Shown: in pieces, positions 32,744 through 43,090 of the stretch
Layout of the letters: the number at the start of each line of letters is the position of its first letter
Position numbering within the stretch: position 1 is the first letter of the stretch
Source: an uncultured Chloroflexia bacterium
GTDB taxonomy: Bacteria > Chloroflexota > Anaerolineae > B4-G1 > SLSP01
Direction: 5' to 3'
DNA: 64,000 nt
Assembly (NCBI GenBank): GCA_963751345.1
Contig: CAVVUS010000008.1
Location: forward strand, 8,720 to 72,719
The notes under the pieces: generated by a model
The model's input: only the letters and a program-made list of their open reading frames with translations
What the model was told of the DNA's origin: nothing
Database searches by the model: none
Made by a program: the position numbers and the translations under genes

Positions 32744-33278
32744 ATGCAGATCCACGAGCCGGCGATTGAGATGCACCCTCTCGGTAGAGATGCCTGACGA
32801 GCTGAGGTTTCTGGTAGACGCGGCGCCCGAGGCCGAGTGGGAGGTCTGGTGCGAGGATACCTTCGACCTCACAGAGCCCCGTCGCGTGGAGACTGCCGGG
32901 CAAGGACTGGCCGCAGGGCTCGCCGAACTCTGGGAGCGTCATCTCTTCGAGACCGTGCAGCCCGAGGGCGCCAAAGGCTTCTCGCGCTTCAACCTCTGGT
33001 GGAAGCAGGCTGCTAGGTCCATCGAGGTTGTGGGCGATTGGGGCGGGATGATCAAGCTCCGCTGGTGGGTCTTCGGAGCGCGGCGATGGGCCGTCAAGGG
33101 AGGGCTCCTGGGCGCCGAAAGCCGCGCTCTGCTGATGAACCTCGGTGCGGTGCATAGCTGTCTGTCCGTGGTCGATCAGACGAGCGAGGCGATCCTCGAC
33201 GAGGTCGTCGCATCGGCCAGCCTGGTCGAGCTCGAGGACCGTCTGTCGGAGCTCGCGAGCCGCGCCCTCGACGCGTAG
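32744..33278 (+). CDS. Hypothetical Trp-rich protein (probable frameshift near 32776)
   Basis: GGGAGG RBS before ATG 32744; removing one C joins MQIHEPAIEMH to LSVEMPDELRF...; coding-like codon use; no family recognised. Confidence 0.6.
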
Positions 33279-33287
33279 CGCTCTCTC

Positions 33288-33328
33288 CGGTGCCCGGCAG
33301 TTGGCCGCCGGCCAACTGCCGGGCACCG
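33288..33328. terminator. Perfect 19-bp hairpin between convergent genes (family C-related palindrome)
   Basis: cggtgcccggcagttggcc-gcc-ggccaactgccgggcaccg; no U-tract. Confidence 0.6.
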
Positions 33329-33342
33329 ACCGTGATGGGCAG

Positions 33343-36300
33343 CTAGGGTTCGATCGTGAACAGCGCCCCGTCGCTGCGTCCCCAGACCTCCGGGAAGTAC
33401 ATCTCGCTCGCCACGGCCGGGATGACCTGATAGGAGCCCGGAACTGCAGCCCGCAGGTAGTAGCGGATCTCGTAGGTGCCTGCCGCCAGGCGGGTGGCAT
33501 AGAAGACCGCGCGCTCGTCACGTAACTCCTGGTGGTCGAAGGTCGGCCACCACCAGCCCTCACGATCCGATGTGAAGCTCGGCGCGGCTTCGCCGGGCGA
33601 CGTGTTGAGCGTCGGGTCGACAGGTTCCATCCCCGCGGGGTAGAAGTCCTCCACCATAAGGTAGTAGCGCATCCGCGGGATCACCAGCGTCAGGCGTACC
33701 TCGACGAGGTCGCCCGGGCGGACATGGGTCACCGGCGTGCACGCGTCAGGCGCGTCGCCACTCGCAGCGAAGGTCGGCACACAGTAGGCGCGCTCCACGG
33801 TCACGCCGCGGGCCTCTGCCTGCAGCGACGCCGCCGGGCGGTAGATCGAGAGATCGGCCGTGTAGTAGAGAGTCCCGCTTCCCTCGCTGCGTGAGATCTC
33901 CAGCGCATTGGGCCACGCCGAGGAGAGTTCCGTCAGTGGAATCACGTGCTCGACCGTCTGCGTGAGGTTATCCGCCGAGACGGTGCCCTGGTCGAGGGGT
34001 TCGGTGTTGAGGGCCACGCCCCAGTCGTAGCTCCCCTGGAGCTCGCCGGTGGCGCGCGCGGTGTCCATCAGCGCCATCACGGCCCACGCCGTCTCCTGCG
34101 TGGTCTCCCAGTGATCGTCCTTGCGGGCGACCATGAGCCAGCGCGCGGCCTGGGGCACGAGAGGATCGTCAGGGGCGAGGCGCGCGAGCGCGTCCAGCAC
34201 CACCGAGGTCGCGCGGGTCCACGTGACCCACAGATCCGCCGCCGCACTCTCCCAGTGTGCACCCGAAGCCGTAATGCCGGCATCGGTGCGCAGGCTGTCG
34301 AGGAGCGTCGTGAGCCGCGGGTCCTCGGGGTTGTTCAGCCCGATCGCCAGCGCCAGGTAGGCGCGTCCGGTGACCTCAAGGGTCTCGCGGGCATCGTAGA
34401 GGGCCGCATCGGCGCCATTGGGCCACACACGCCCGGACTCAGCCAGGACGTAGAGCGCGAATGCCTGTGGCAGCTGCGCCTCGGACGGCGTACGCGCCTC
34501 GGACGGCGTAGCGCCTCAGACTGCAGTCCGCGCGAGAGGCTGCCCGAGAGGTAGTCGAGGGCGGCGTTGAGGGGCTGCTGGTCGACCGCGAAGCCGGCCC
34601 GCTGGGCCTGCAGCAGACCCAGGGCAGCATAGGCGCTGGTCTGGAACTCGCTCGATGTATTACCCCACCATCCCCAGCCGCCATCGGCGTTCTGGCGATC
34701 GTAGAGCTCGGTCAGGGTCTCGGTCACAAGCGTGCGAAGCTGGGCTTCGAGCCCGGCGTCGTGCCGGCCCAGCTCCTGGAGCGCCCGGTAGGTCACGACG
34801 TTGGGCAGGAAGCGGCTGACGAGCTGCTCCGTACACTGATAGGGAAAGCTCTCCAGGTAATCGAGGCTATCCACCACGCCCGCAGCCAGTGTCGGCGCCA
34901 GGCGCACCGTCAAGGTGCTGGCGGGGCCTGCATCCGCCGGGACGGTGATGACCTCCACACGCGACCCGCCTTCGGTCAGTGTGCCAGACGTCGCGACCCT
35001 ATCGGGCGTCTCGTAGCGGTAGATGGGCAGGGCCCGGTCACCTTCGCGCCCCACGCTCGGGCGGGCGGCGTCGCGGTAGCCGCTGCCTGCTGCGGAGAAG
35101 GTCAGGAGCGCAGCATCCAGGCCGGTCTCGGGCACACTGACACGCCAACTGACCCGCGCGCGGCCTTGCGCGGGGATGGAGACCTGCTGCACGGCATCGC
35201 CGGCAAGGTCCAGATCGGTCTCCAGCGCCACCTGTACGTCCAGCGCCGCGGACGTGTTATTGTTGACCACGGCGGCAACGTCGGCGCTGTCTCCGGCGAT
35301 GAAGAAGCGCGGGGTCACAGGGCGCACCAGCAGCGGCTTGGTCACGACGAGCTCCGCCGTGGTCGCACCGACCTGCGTCGCCTCGGTCACGGCGCGGGCG
35401 TCCACGACCCAGGTGGTGAGCGAGTCGGGCAGATCCACCGTCACGGTCGTCTCACCGTTCGGCCCCGTCTTGAGATGGGCTTTCCAGAGCGCCGTGTCGG
35501 GGAAGTCCTGCCGGACATCGGGCGCGAAGATGGCGCCATCACCGCCGCCACCTCCGATGCCGCCGATCATCCGCTCCATTGCCTCCTGTTCGGCGCGCTT
35601 CTGGAGCGCCTCCAGATCTGATGTGAGGCGGTTCTGCAGGACCAGCAGGCCATCACCGGTCGCGATACCCAGCGGTCGCCGGGCGTAGAAGGCCTCGAGG
35701 AGCGTCGGAGCGTTGTCGTCAGCCAGAGCCAACACGGCCTTGTCCACGACGGCCAGTGCCACCTCGGCGTCGACGGGTTGGCCAGCGGCGTCGAGCGCGC
35801 GGACGGTGACCTGCGCCGGATCGCCCGGAGCATAGGTGCAGCGCCCGCCGGCGTCACGCTCCTCCGCGGCGCACACCGGCGTCACGGTGACGTCCAGGGT
35901 CTGCCGCACGGGCTCGACCGTCAGCTCGACCATGCCCAGCCGCACGTCAGGTGTAGCCTGGTCCGCGTCCACGCCTTTGACGACGGCAAAGTTGACCACG
36001 ATGTTAGGAACATGGGCCTCTGTGATGGGTACGTCGATGACGGGATTCGCCTCGCGCACCGTGAGATGCTTGACCTCCAGGATGGTGCCCCGCTCGATGG
36101 TCATCAGGACCTCGAATGGCCCACTGAAGGGTGTCGATAGCAGGATATGGGCGACGTCGCCAGGGCGGTAGCTCTCTGCATCGGCGACGGGCTCGACCTT
36201 ACCCTCGCCCAACTGCCAGGCTGCGGTCTGCGGGCCGCCGACCCACAGATAGGTCTCGCTGCGCGCCGTGTTCCCGTTGGCATCGGTCGACTCGACCTGC

Positions 36301-39300
36301 ACCACGTACGAACCACTGGTCGGTGGCGTGAACGTGAGGGTGGCTGTGCCCGTACCGTCAGTCGTGACGTTGAGCGTGTCGACGACGGTATCCTTGTGGG
36401 TCCACGTCCCCGATGCGAAGGGCTTGGTGGGCGAGACATAGGTCCACGTCCGCCGCGCCAGGGTGGCGCGCACGTGCTGGTCAGCCACCGGCTGCTCGTC
36501 CCAGTCCAGGGCCAGCAGGTCGACGAGGGCGGGCTTGCCCGCGGTAGAGACCCACGATTGGGGCTTGAGCCCGAGATAGAAACGGCTCGTGTGCACGGTG
36601 AGGCTGCCGCTCTGGGTCACAGGGAAGCCCGTGTCGTCGGTGACCGTGGCCTCCACCTCCCAGCGCTGGGGGCCGACCGTATCCTGGTCTGACAGCGGCG
36701 CGAGATCGAGCGGCAACGTCATGACGAGGCGGCCCTCTGCGTCCGTAACGCCGTCTCCCTCTGCAACGACCTCCGGCTCGCGCCAGGGCTCCCAGGACAT
36801 CGTGTTGGCACCCCACTGCCACCAGCCGGAGACGTCGGGACTGAAGCTGTAGGGGCCGGCGCGAACCGTCCAGTGCACCGGTGCCTTGCTCACGCCGCCA
36901 CCGCTGTAATAGCTCGCCTGGATGGCCACATGGGCCATCTCGCCATCGAGTTGGTCCGCCTGCTCGGGTACCACGGTGACCTCGAACTCGGGCTTACGGT
37001 AGGCGGCGACCGCGATCTGGATGCCGGCGATCTCCGGCGTTCCCTCACCGGTGCGCAGCGAAAGGCTGTAGGAGCCCAACTGCGCATCGGCCGGCAGGTC
37101 GAAGGCCCCATCGAAGGTGCCTGCGTCAGAGACGACGGCCTCGACGGTGTCGGTCCCATTGTCGCTCCACGACGTCAGCGCGACCTGGACCCCCATGCCC
37201 GGTTCGGGAAGGCTGTACCGGCCGTCATCGTCGTTGCGCAGGATGCCCCGGAAGTAGACGGTCTGTCCGGGCCGGTAGATGGGCCGGTCGGTCTGCAGAT
37301 AGCCGCGATAGGCCGGAGGCTGGCTGTAGTCGTAGGTCACGCCAAAAGCCCAGGGGGCGACGTCGTAGTTCCAGTCGCTGCGGGCGATCCCGAAACCCGC
37401 CTGCCCCGGCTCGCCGGCGACGGCGGTGTAGGCCTCCCAGCGATCGCTCTGTGTGGGGATGGCGAGCCGGGCGATGCCGTCCGCATCACTGAGGCCGCGG
37501 CCAAGGAGGGTGCCGCTCGTTGAGAGTACCCGCACGGAGGCACCGGCGACCGGCTCTGCCGTGCGCAAGTCGGTCACCCAGACCAGGGCCTCGTCGGGCC
37601 CAACCTTGAGCAGAACGTGCAGGTCGACCACGGCGACGCGCAGTCGCTCGGCCTGGCTGTTGGTCGAACCCGGCGTGCGCCACATCACGCCGTAGAAGCC
37701 GGTGGGCAGCGCCTCGCCGTTCGCCAGTTGGACCGGGACGGCGGCTGTCCTGTTGAGCTGCCCGTCCGGGCTCACGGCGACCTGCCGGCTCGATTGGAGC
37801 GACCAGTTGCCCTGGTATCCAAGGAAGTCACGCTCCTGCAGCGTGCCCACGTCCAGCGTAAGCTGCTGCACGTTGACCGCGGTGAAGTAGACCTCGGCGG
37901 GCGAGGCGCCGTCGAGCGTGAGCGTGTCATAGCGAGCCACCGGGGCGAAGATCGGCGGCGCGTTGTCGACGGTGAAGCAGGCCTGCGCCTCGCCGGTAAG
38001 CGTGTTGCCGTAGCGATCCGCCAGGCCCGGCAGCACGGTGACACAGTAGCGTACGCCGGCCTTCTTATCCCAGCTGACCCAAGCGCCCGGCTGGTCGCTG
38101 TAGGCGTCCCAGTAGACGTTGGCGTCAACGGTTCCCGCCCCTTCCTCGGTGACCCTCACCTTGTCCGTCGTCGTCGCAGGATCGAGGAGACCCTCCAACT
38201 TGATCTGGACGCTCTCGTAGTAGGCAAGGCGCCCTGTCTTGGCGTCTGAGCCGGGGGAGATCTGCGCCACCCGCAGTGCCGGCACCGTGGTGAAGTCGGA
38301 CTGCCGGCCTGCGGCGAGAACGCCGCCGTCAAGAGAGCGTGCTGTGGTGTCGATCTCGACTTCATAGGTCGTCTCCGGCGTCAGGAGCGTCGTGGGCGTG
38401 AAGACGAGCGTGGCCCCGGCGTCCTCCCAGCCGAAGCCGCCCGTGATCGGGCCATCGGGTACGCTCGACATCGAGAACGCGGCTTCGGTGGCTTCGGGGG
38501 CCATCGGCGTGTTGAAGGTCACCCGGACGGCGCCCTCCAGCGGGCACATTCTCGCGTGCCGTTGAAGGGCGAGACGTGCTGGACGCGCGGCTCGCTCGTG
38601 GAGAAGCTGATGCTGACCGGCGCCTCCAGTGCCGCCCCGCCGGCGGCCGAGACAGTCGTCGACAGGGCGACGGTATAGTGCGTGCCGGCACTCCAGGCAG
38701 GCGTCGGGTCAAAGCGATAGACGCTGCTGTTGACCCACATTCCCTGTCCCGAGACCGGTGGTGTGATCTCCAGAGGCAGCGGCGCGCACGAACCGCCGGA
38801 CGTGGCGGCCTGTCCCGTGCAGTTCACGGGCACGACGGGGTAGTTGAAGGCCAGCAGCAAGGGGGTGTCACCGCGGAGGTCAACGGCGCCGGCGGAGGGG
38901 GTCGTGTGAGTCACCTCCAGCGGACCGACGGTGCTGAACGCGAAGGCCATCTCGCCGGTTAGCGACGTGCCGCCGGTGCTCTGCGCGTCCTGGCCGAGTG
39001 CCACCCGGTAACGCGTCGCCGAGGCCAGGACCTTGGGCTGGAAGGTGACCGTCTCGTCATCGTGCCAGGTGAAAGTTCCGGTCACAGCAGGCGTAACGGT
39101 GAGCGCCCGCTCCACACTCGCGCGATCCATCGGCTGGGTGAAGCGCAGCAGAATGCCCGCCTGCAGCGTCACCTCCTCGCCGTTACCGGGCATCGCGGTG
39201 ACGACGGCAGGCGGAAGCCCGGCGACGTACGGCGGCTCGGTGGGCACCGGCGTGGGTACGGGCGGTGTCACCGTATCTGGTACTTGCGTCTCCAATACGG

Positions 39301-39714
39301 CCGTGCCGCCAACCTGGGTCGTGGGCGTTCCAGCCGCCGGCACGCCTCCGGACGTCGGCTCCGCCGGCAGCGGATGGGCCGGCATGCCTGTGGGGAGCGA
39401 CCGGACGATAAGTGCAACGGCCAGCAGGAGAGCCACAGCGCCCCCGGCCCACGCGAACCATAGCCTGCGGGGTGGGGCGGCTCGTTGAGGGATGCCGGCT
39501 CATGCGTGCGTGCCGCAACCGGACGGCGAGACGCTCGACAAAGGAAGGGGATGGATGGATGCGCCCTGCACTGCGCCGTAACGCCTCCTCGACCTCCGCT
39601 GTGGGGTCTGACCCTGCCTGCAGGCCGTCGCCGATTTCTGCGTCTTCGCCCCTCTTGGGGCTCTTGTCCTTTTCCGAACCCCGGCTCTTCTCCGGGCTAG
39701 TCAGCTGTCTTCAT
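33343..39714 (-). CDS. Membrane-anchored alpha-2-macroglobulin with Ig-like (Big_5) repeats and N-terminal cytoplasmic domain, ~2,100 aa (frameshifts near 39700, 39470, 38550, 34511)
   Basis: TM LWFAWAGGAVALLLAVALIV; Big_5-like P...F..PM repeats; MG2 TDRPIYRPGQTV; YRKPEFEV; VRQDFPDTALW; LPDSLTTW; thioester YQCTEQ; QNADGGWGWW; C-terminal EMYFPEVWGRS. Confidence 0.9.
34476..34517. repeat. 18-bp tandem repeat in the A2M gene (encodes SEARTP), one copy 17 bp
   Basis: gcgcctcggacggcgtac / gcgcctcggacggcgta / gcgcctc. Confidence 0.85.
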
Positions 39715-40324
39715 CGACACACCTCTTCCTCAAGTCGGCTATTGCGCGTGAGACCAACATCTTCACTGCGGCGACGCTGCGCCCCATAGCGCGCGCCACG
39801 TCGTTCAGGGCCAGATCTCCCCAGTACCGAAGCTGCACCGCTTCACGCCGGTCGTCGCTCAGTTGTTGGAGCATCCGCTCTACACAGCTCAGCACATCTC
39901 TGTGCCCGGCCAGGGCCTCCGGCCCGGGTCCGGTGCCTGCCTGTGTGGGCGCTACATCGTCCCAGGAGACCGTCGGACGGGCATATGCCGCGCGGTGGAA
40001 GTCCATACACTTGTGCCGCGCGATGCCGAACAGCCATCCCAGAAACGCGCTCCTCCGCCGGTACCGGGGCAGGGCCTCAAGCGCAGCCAAGAATGTCTGC
40101 GTTGTGAGGTCCTCTGCATCGTCCGCCGTGTTCGTGCGGGCGTAGCAGTACCGGTAGACCGCCGTGACGTGGCGCCGGTAGAGCGTCTCGAAAGCCACGT
40201 GGTCGTTGACAGCCAGCTCGGCCAGCCGGTCGTCGTCGAGCTCAGCATACGTGCTCGCCGATCCCGTGGACGGCTCGTCCATAGGCCATGATGCAGACTC
40301 GGGTGCAGAAGCAGATTCCGGCAC
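39701..40324 (-). CDS. ECF (group IV sigma-70) RNA polymerase sigma factor
   Basis: Region 2 AFETLYRRH..VYRY...DAEDLT..TFL...WLFGIAR; region 4 L..RREAVQLRYW.DL...VA..MG.S..AVK...RA; GTG 40324 with GAGAGG RBS (alternative ATG 40282). Confidence 0.92.
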   Translation of the reverse strand: MPESASAPESASWPMDEPSTGSASTYAELDDDRLAELAVNDHVAFETLYRRHVTAVYRYCYARTNTADDAEDLTTQTFLAALEALPRYRRRSAFLGWLFGIARHKCMDFHRAAYARPTVSWDDVAPTQAGTGPGPEALAGHRDVLSCVERMLQQLSDDRREAVQLRYWGDLALNDVARAMGRSVAAVKMLVSRAIADLRKRCVDEDS

Positions 40325-40375
40325 AGGTATCCTCTCAGCGCTGAGGGCCCTTCGTGAATGACGTTCACCCTGAAT

Positions 40376-40401
40376 GTCGTGGTTTGGGGAAGAAGGTAAC
40401 A
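40376..40401 (-). promoter_or_regulatory. Candidate ECF autoregulatory promoter
   Basis: Minus strand TGTTACC-15 nt-CGAC about 50 bp upstream of the sigma start; resembles general ECF -35/-10 geometry. Confidence 0.4.
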
Positions 40402-40531
40402 GGCAATCTACCAGGGACCGCGGGATTCGCAAGGCCAACGCCTTGCCCTGAGGCGAGCAAGATCCGCCGCATGCAGCAGGTTTGGTGTACAATGACGCCG
40501 GGTCAACGAACATATATCATCTGGAGTCTGA

Positions 40532-41749
40532 ATGGACAAAACGAAGCGCTCGCTCGGCCTGATCTTTTCGATCATGCTGTTGGACGTGATCGGGATGACG
40601 ATCATGTCGCCTGTCGCCCCTTACATCGTGAAGGAGTACAGCGACAAGGCGCTGATGGTCACGATGATCACCGTGGTCTACGCGGGCGCCCAGTTTGTGG
40701 GCGCACCCATCCTGGGCAAGCTTGGCGACCGGTACGGGCGTCGTCCTGTGCTGCTGATCAGCGTCTTCGGTGCCGCCGTTGGCTACATGATCTTCGGCCT
40801 GGGGCAGGCGCTCTGGGTGTTGCTCCTGGCGCGGATGGTCAGCGGCATCACCGGCGGCAACATGGCGACGGCCTCTGCCTACATCGCCGACGTGTCGAAG
40901 CCGAACGAGCGCGTCAAGAACTTCACCCTGATCGGGCTGGCGTGGTCAATCGGCCTCATCCTTGGCCCCGCTTTGGGCGCGTTCTCCGGCGAGATGAGCC
41001 TCCGCGCACCAGCCTTCATCGCGGCGGTCCTTTCCCTCACGAACGTGGCGCTGGGCTTCTTCCTGCTGCCTGAGTCGCTGCCGAAGGAACGCCGCCGGGC
41101 AGCGCCCATCCGCTTGGGCGATCTCAACCCGATCGGGGCCATCAGTGGGATGGCGCGCAAGCCGGGGCTCGGATGGCTGCTGTTGGTGCAGGGCCTCTTC
41201 AACCTCGCGTGGAACGGCTCCACGAACACGGAGTCACTCTTCCTGATCGACAAGTTTGGCGCGCAGCCCTGGCAGATCGGGTTGCTGATGGCGCTCTATG
41301 GTGGCGCGATCGGTGCATCCCAGGCGACGCTGGTGTCCCGCTGGACGCCGCGCTTTGGCGAGCGACGGGTGGCCTCTATCTCTCTTCTGTTGGTTGCATT
41401 CAGCGGCTTGGCGGTCTTTGCCGCGCCCGTACTATGGCTTGTCTTCGTGGTGGCGGTGCTGAGCCGCGGCGCTGTGGCTTTCGTTTTCCCGGCACTCACG
41501 ACACTCGCCGTGGGCCGCGTCTCCCGTGGCGAGCAGGGCGAGCTCATGGGCGTGACCACGGCCATCGGGAGCTTGACCGGCGTCCTGGGGCCGCTGCTGG
41601 CAGGCGTGTCCTACGATCGGATCATGCCCGGCTCGCCCTATTGGCTTGCCGCGGTCGTCCTGGTGGCGGCGGCTTTGCTGCTCAGCCGGTATCCCTATTC
41701 CTCCGTTGCCGTGGAGACGTTGCCTGTGAGCGCCTCGAGTGCGGACTGA
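40532..41749 (+). CDS. MFS drug:H+ antiporter, TetA/DHA1-like
   Basis: 12 TM; motif A GKLGDRYGRRPVL, ARMVSGITGG, AYIADVS, GP.LG, LPESL. Confidence 0.9.
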   Translation: MDKTKRSLGLIFSIMLLDVIGMTIMSPVAPYIVKEYSDKALMVTMITVVYAGAQFVGAPILGKLGDRYGRRPVLLISVFGAAVGYMIFGLGQALWVLLLARMVSGITGGNMATASAYIADVSKPNERVKNFTLIGLAWSIGLILGPALGAFSGEMSLRAPAFIAAVLSLTNVALGFFLLPESLPKERRRAAPIRLGDLNPIGAISGMARKPGLGWLLLVQGLFNLAWNGSTNTESLFLIDKFGAQPWQIGLLMALYGGAIGASQATLVSRWTPRFGERRVASISLLLVAFSGLAVFAAPVLWLVFVVAVLSRGAVAFVFPALTTLAVGRVSRGEQGELMGVTTAIGSLTGVLGPLLAGVSYDRIMPGSPYWLAAVVLVAAALLLSRYPYSSVAVETLPVSASSAD

Positions 41750-41769
41750 TCGCGGACGAGGGTGCGCCG

Positions 41770-42318
41770 ATGACGTTCGAGACCGAGCGGCTGATCCTTC
41801 GTAGGTTTGCGCTCAAAGACTGGCGGGACCTGAAGGCCTACGTGCTCCTGGAGGAGGTCACCCGGTATGACTACGAGTATCCCAGCTCTGATGAGGAGCT
41901 CCGGTCCGTGGTCGAGACGTTCGCGACCGAAAGGGGGTACTGGGCGGTCTGCCTGAAGGAGAGCGGCAAGCTGATCGGGCACGTTGTCTGTATGCGGAAA
42001 CACCCAGCCGACCTGCGCACGTGGGAGCTGGGCTACATGTTCAACCCGGCGTTTCACGGTATGGGATACGCGACGGAGGCGTGTCGCCGTGTGCTGGACC
42101 ACGTCTTCACCGACCTTGGCGCGCATCGGGTAGAGGCAGGTTGCGATCCGCGCAACATCCCTTCGTGGCGGCTGCTGGAGCGGTTGGGCATGCGGCGTGA
42201 GGCGCATCGTCTGAAGGCGGTGTTCCTGCGTCGGACGCCGAAGGGCGATCCGATCTGGTGGGACAGCTATGAGTATGCAATCCTGGAAGAGGAGTGGACG
42301 GCGCAACATCGCGGCTGA
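41770..42318 (+). CDS. GNAT acetyltransferase, RimJ/RimL family
   Basis: ETERLILR, ELGY, HGMGYATEA, N.PS.RLLERLGM.RE, YAILEEEW. Confidence 0.9.
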   Translation: MTFETERLILRRFALKDWRDLKAYVLLEEVTRYDYEYPSSDEELRSVVETFATERGYWAVCLKESGKLIGHVVCMRKHPADLRTWELGYMFNPAFHGMGYATEACRRVLDHVFTDLGAHRVEAGCDPRNIPSWRLLERLGMRREAHRLKAVFLRRTPKGDPIWWDSYEYAILEEEWTAQHRG

Positions 42319-42334
42319 GTCACAGGGAGGCGAG

Positions 42335-43069
42335 ATGCCGGATCTCTTGGGAAAGGTCGCCATCGTCACCGGAGCAGGACGTGGTATTGGCCGGGCCATC
42401 GCGCTCGGATTCGCAGGGGCGGGGGCTGCCGTCTGCTGCGCGGCCCGGACGGAGGCGGAGGTCGAGGCGACCGCATCATCCATCGTCCAGGCGGGAGGCC
42501 GGGCACTGGCCTGCGTGACCGACGTCACGTCGGAGGCCGACGTCGAGGCGATGGTCGGCCTGACCGTCGAAGCGTTCGGCGGTCTCGACGTCCTCGTCAT
42601 CAACGCCGGGATCTCCCCCGATCCGGCCACCGTCGAGGGGAGCGACGTCGACGTCTGGCGCGCGACCCTCGATACCAACCTCACCGGCGCCTATCTCTGT
42701 GCGCGAGCAGCCATCCCGTATCTGCGAGCCCGCGGTGCGGGCAAGATCATCACGATCGGATCGGGGCTAGGACATCATGGCCAGCCTGCCGCCTCCGCGT
42801 ATGCTTGCTCGAAGGCAGGGCTGTGGATGCTCACGCGGGTCTTGGCGCAGGAACTGGCGGGCGACAACATCAGCGTCAACGAACTCATTCCCGGCCCTGT
42901 GGAAACCTCACTGTCGACGCTCGATCCGCAGCACAGCGTCGCCGCGCTTCATGCCAGCGAGTGGCGAAAGCTGCCGGAGGACGTCGTGCCGCTCGCGCTT
43001 TTCTTGGCCACCCAGCCTGATCGCGGCCCGACTGCGCAGAGCTTCAGCCTGATGCGGCGGGATACGTGA
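42335..43069 (+). CDS. SDR family oxidoreductase
   Basis: TGAGRGIG, INAG, YACSK (YxxxK); GGAGG RBS. Confidence 0.9.
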   Translation: MPDLLGKVAIVTGAGRGIGRAIALGFAGAGAAVCCAARTEAEVEATASSIVQAGGRALACVTDVTSEADVEAMVGLTVEAFGGLDVLVINAGISPDPATVEGSDVDVWRATLDTNLTGAYLCARAAIPYLRARGAGKIITIGSGLGHHGQPAASAYACSKAGLWMLTRVLAQELAGDNISVNELIPGPVETSLSTLDPQHSVAALHASEWRKLPEDVVPLALFLATQPDRGPTAQSFSLMRRDT

Positions 43070-43090
43070 CGTGGCTCCGGAGATAGGTCG

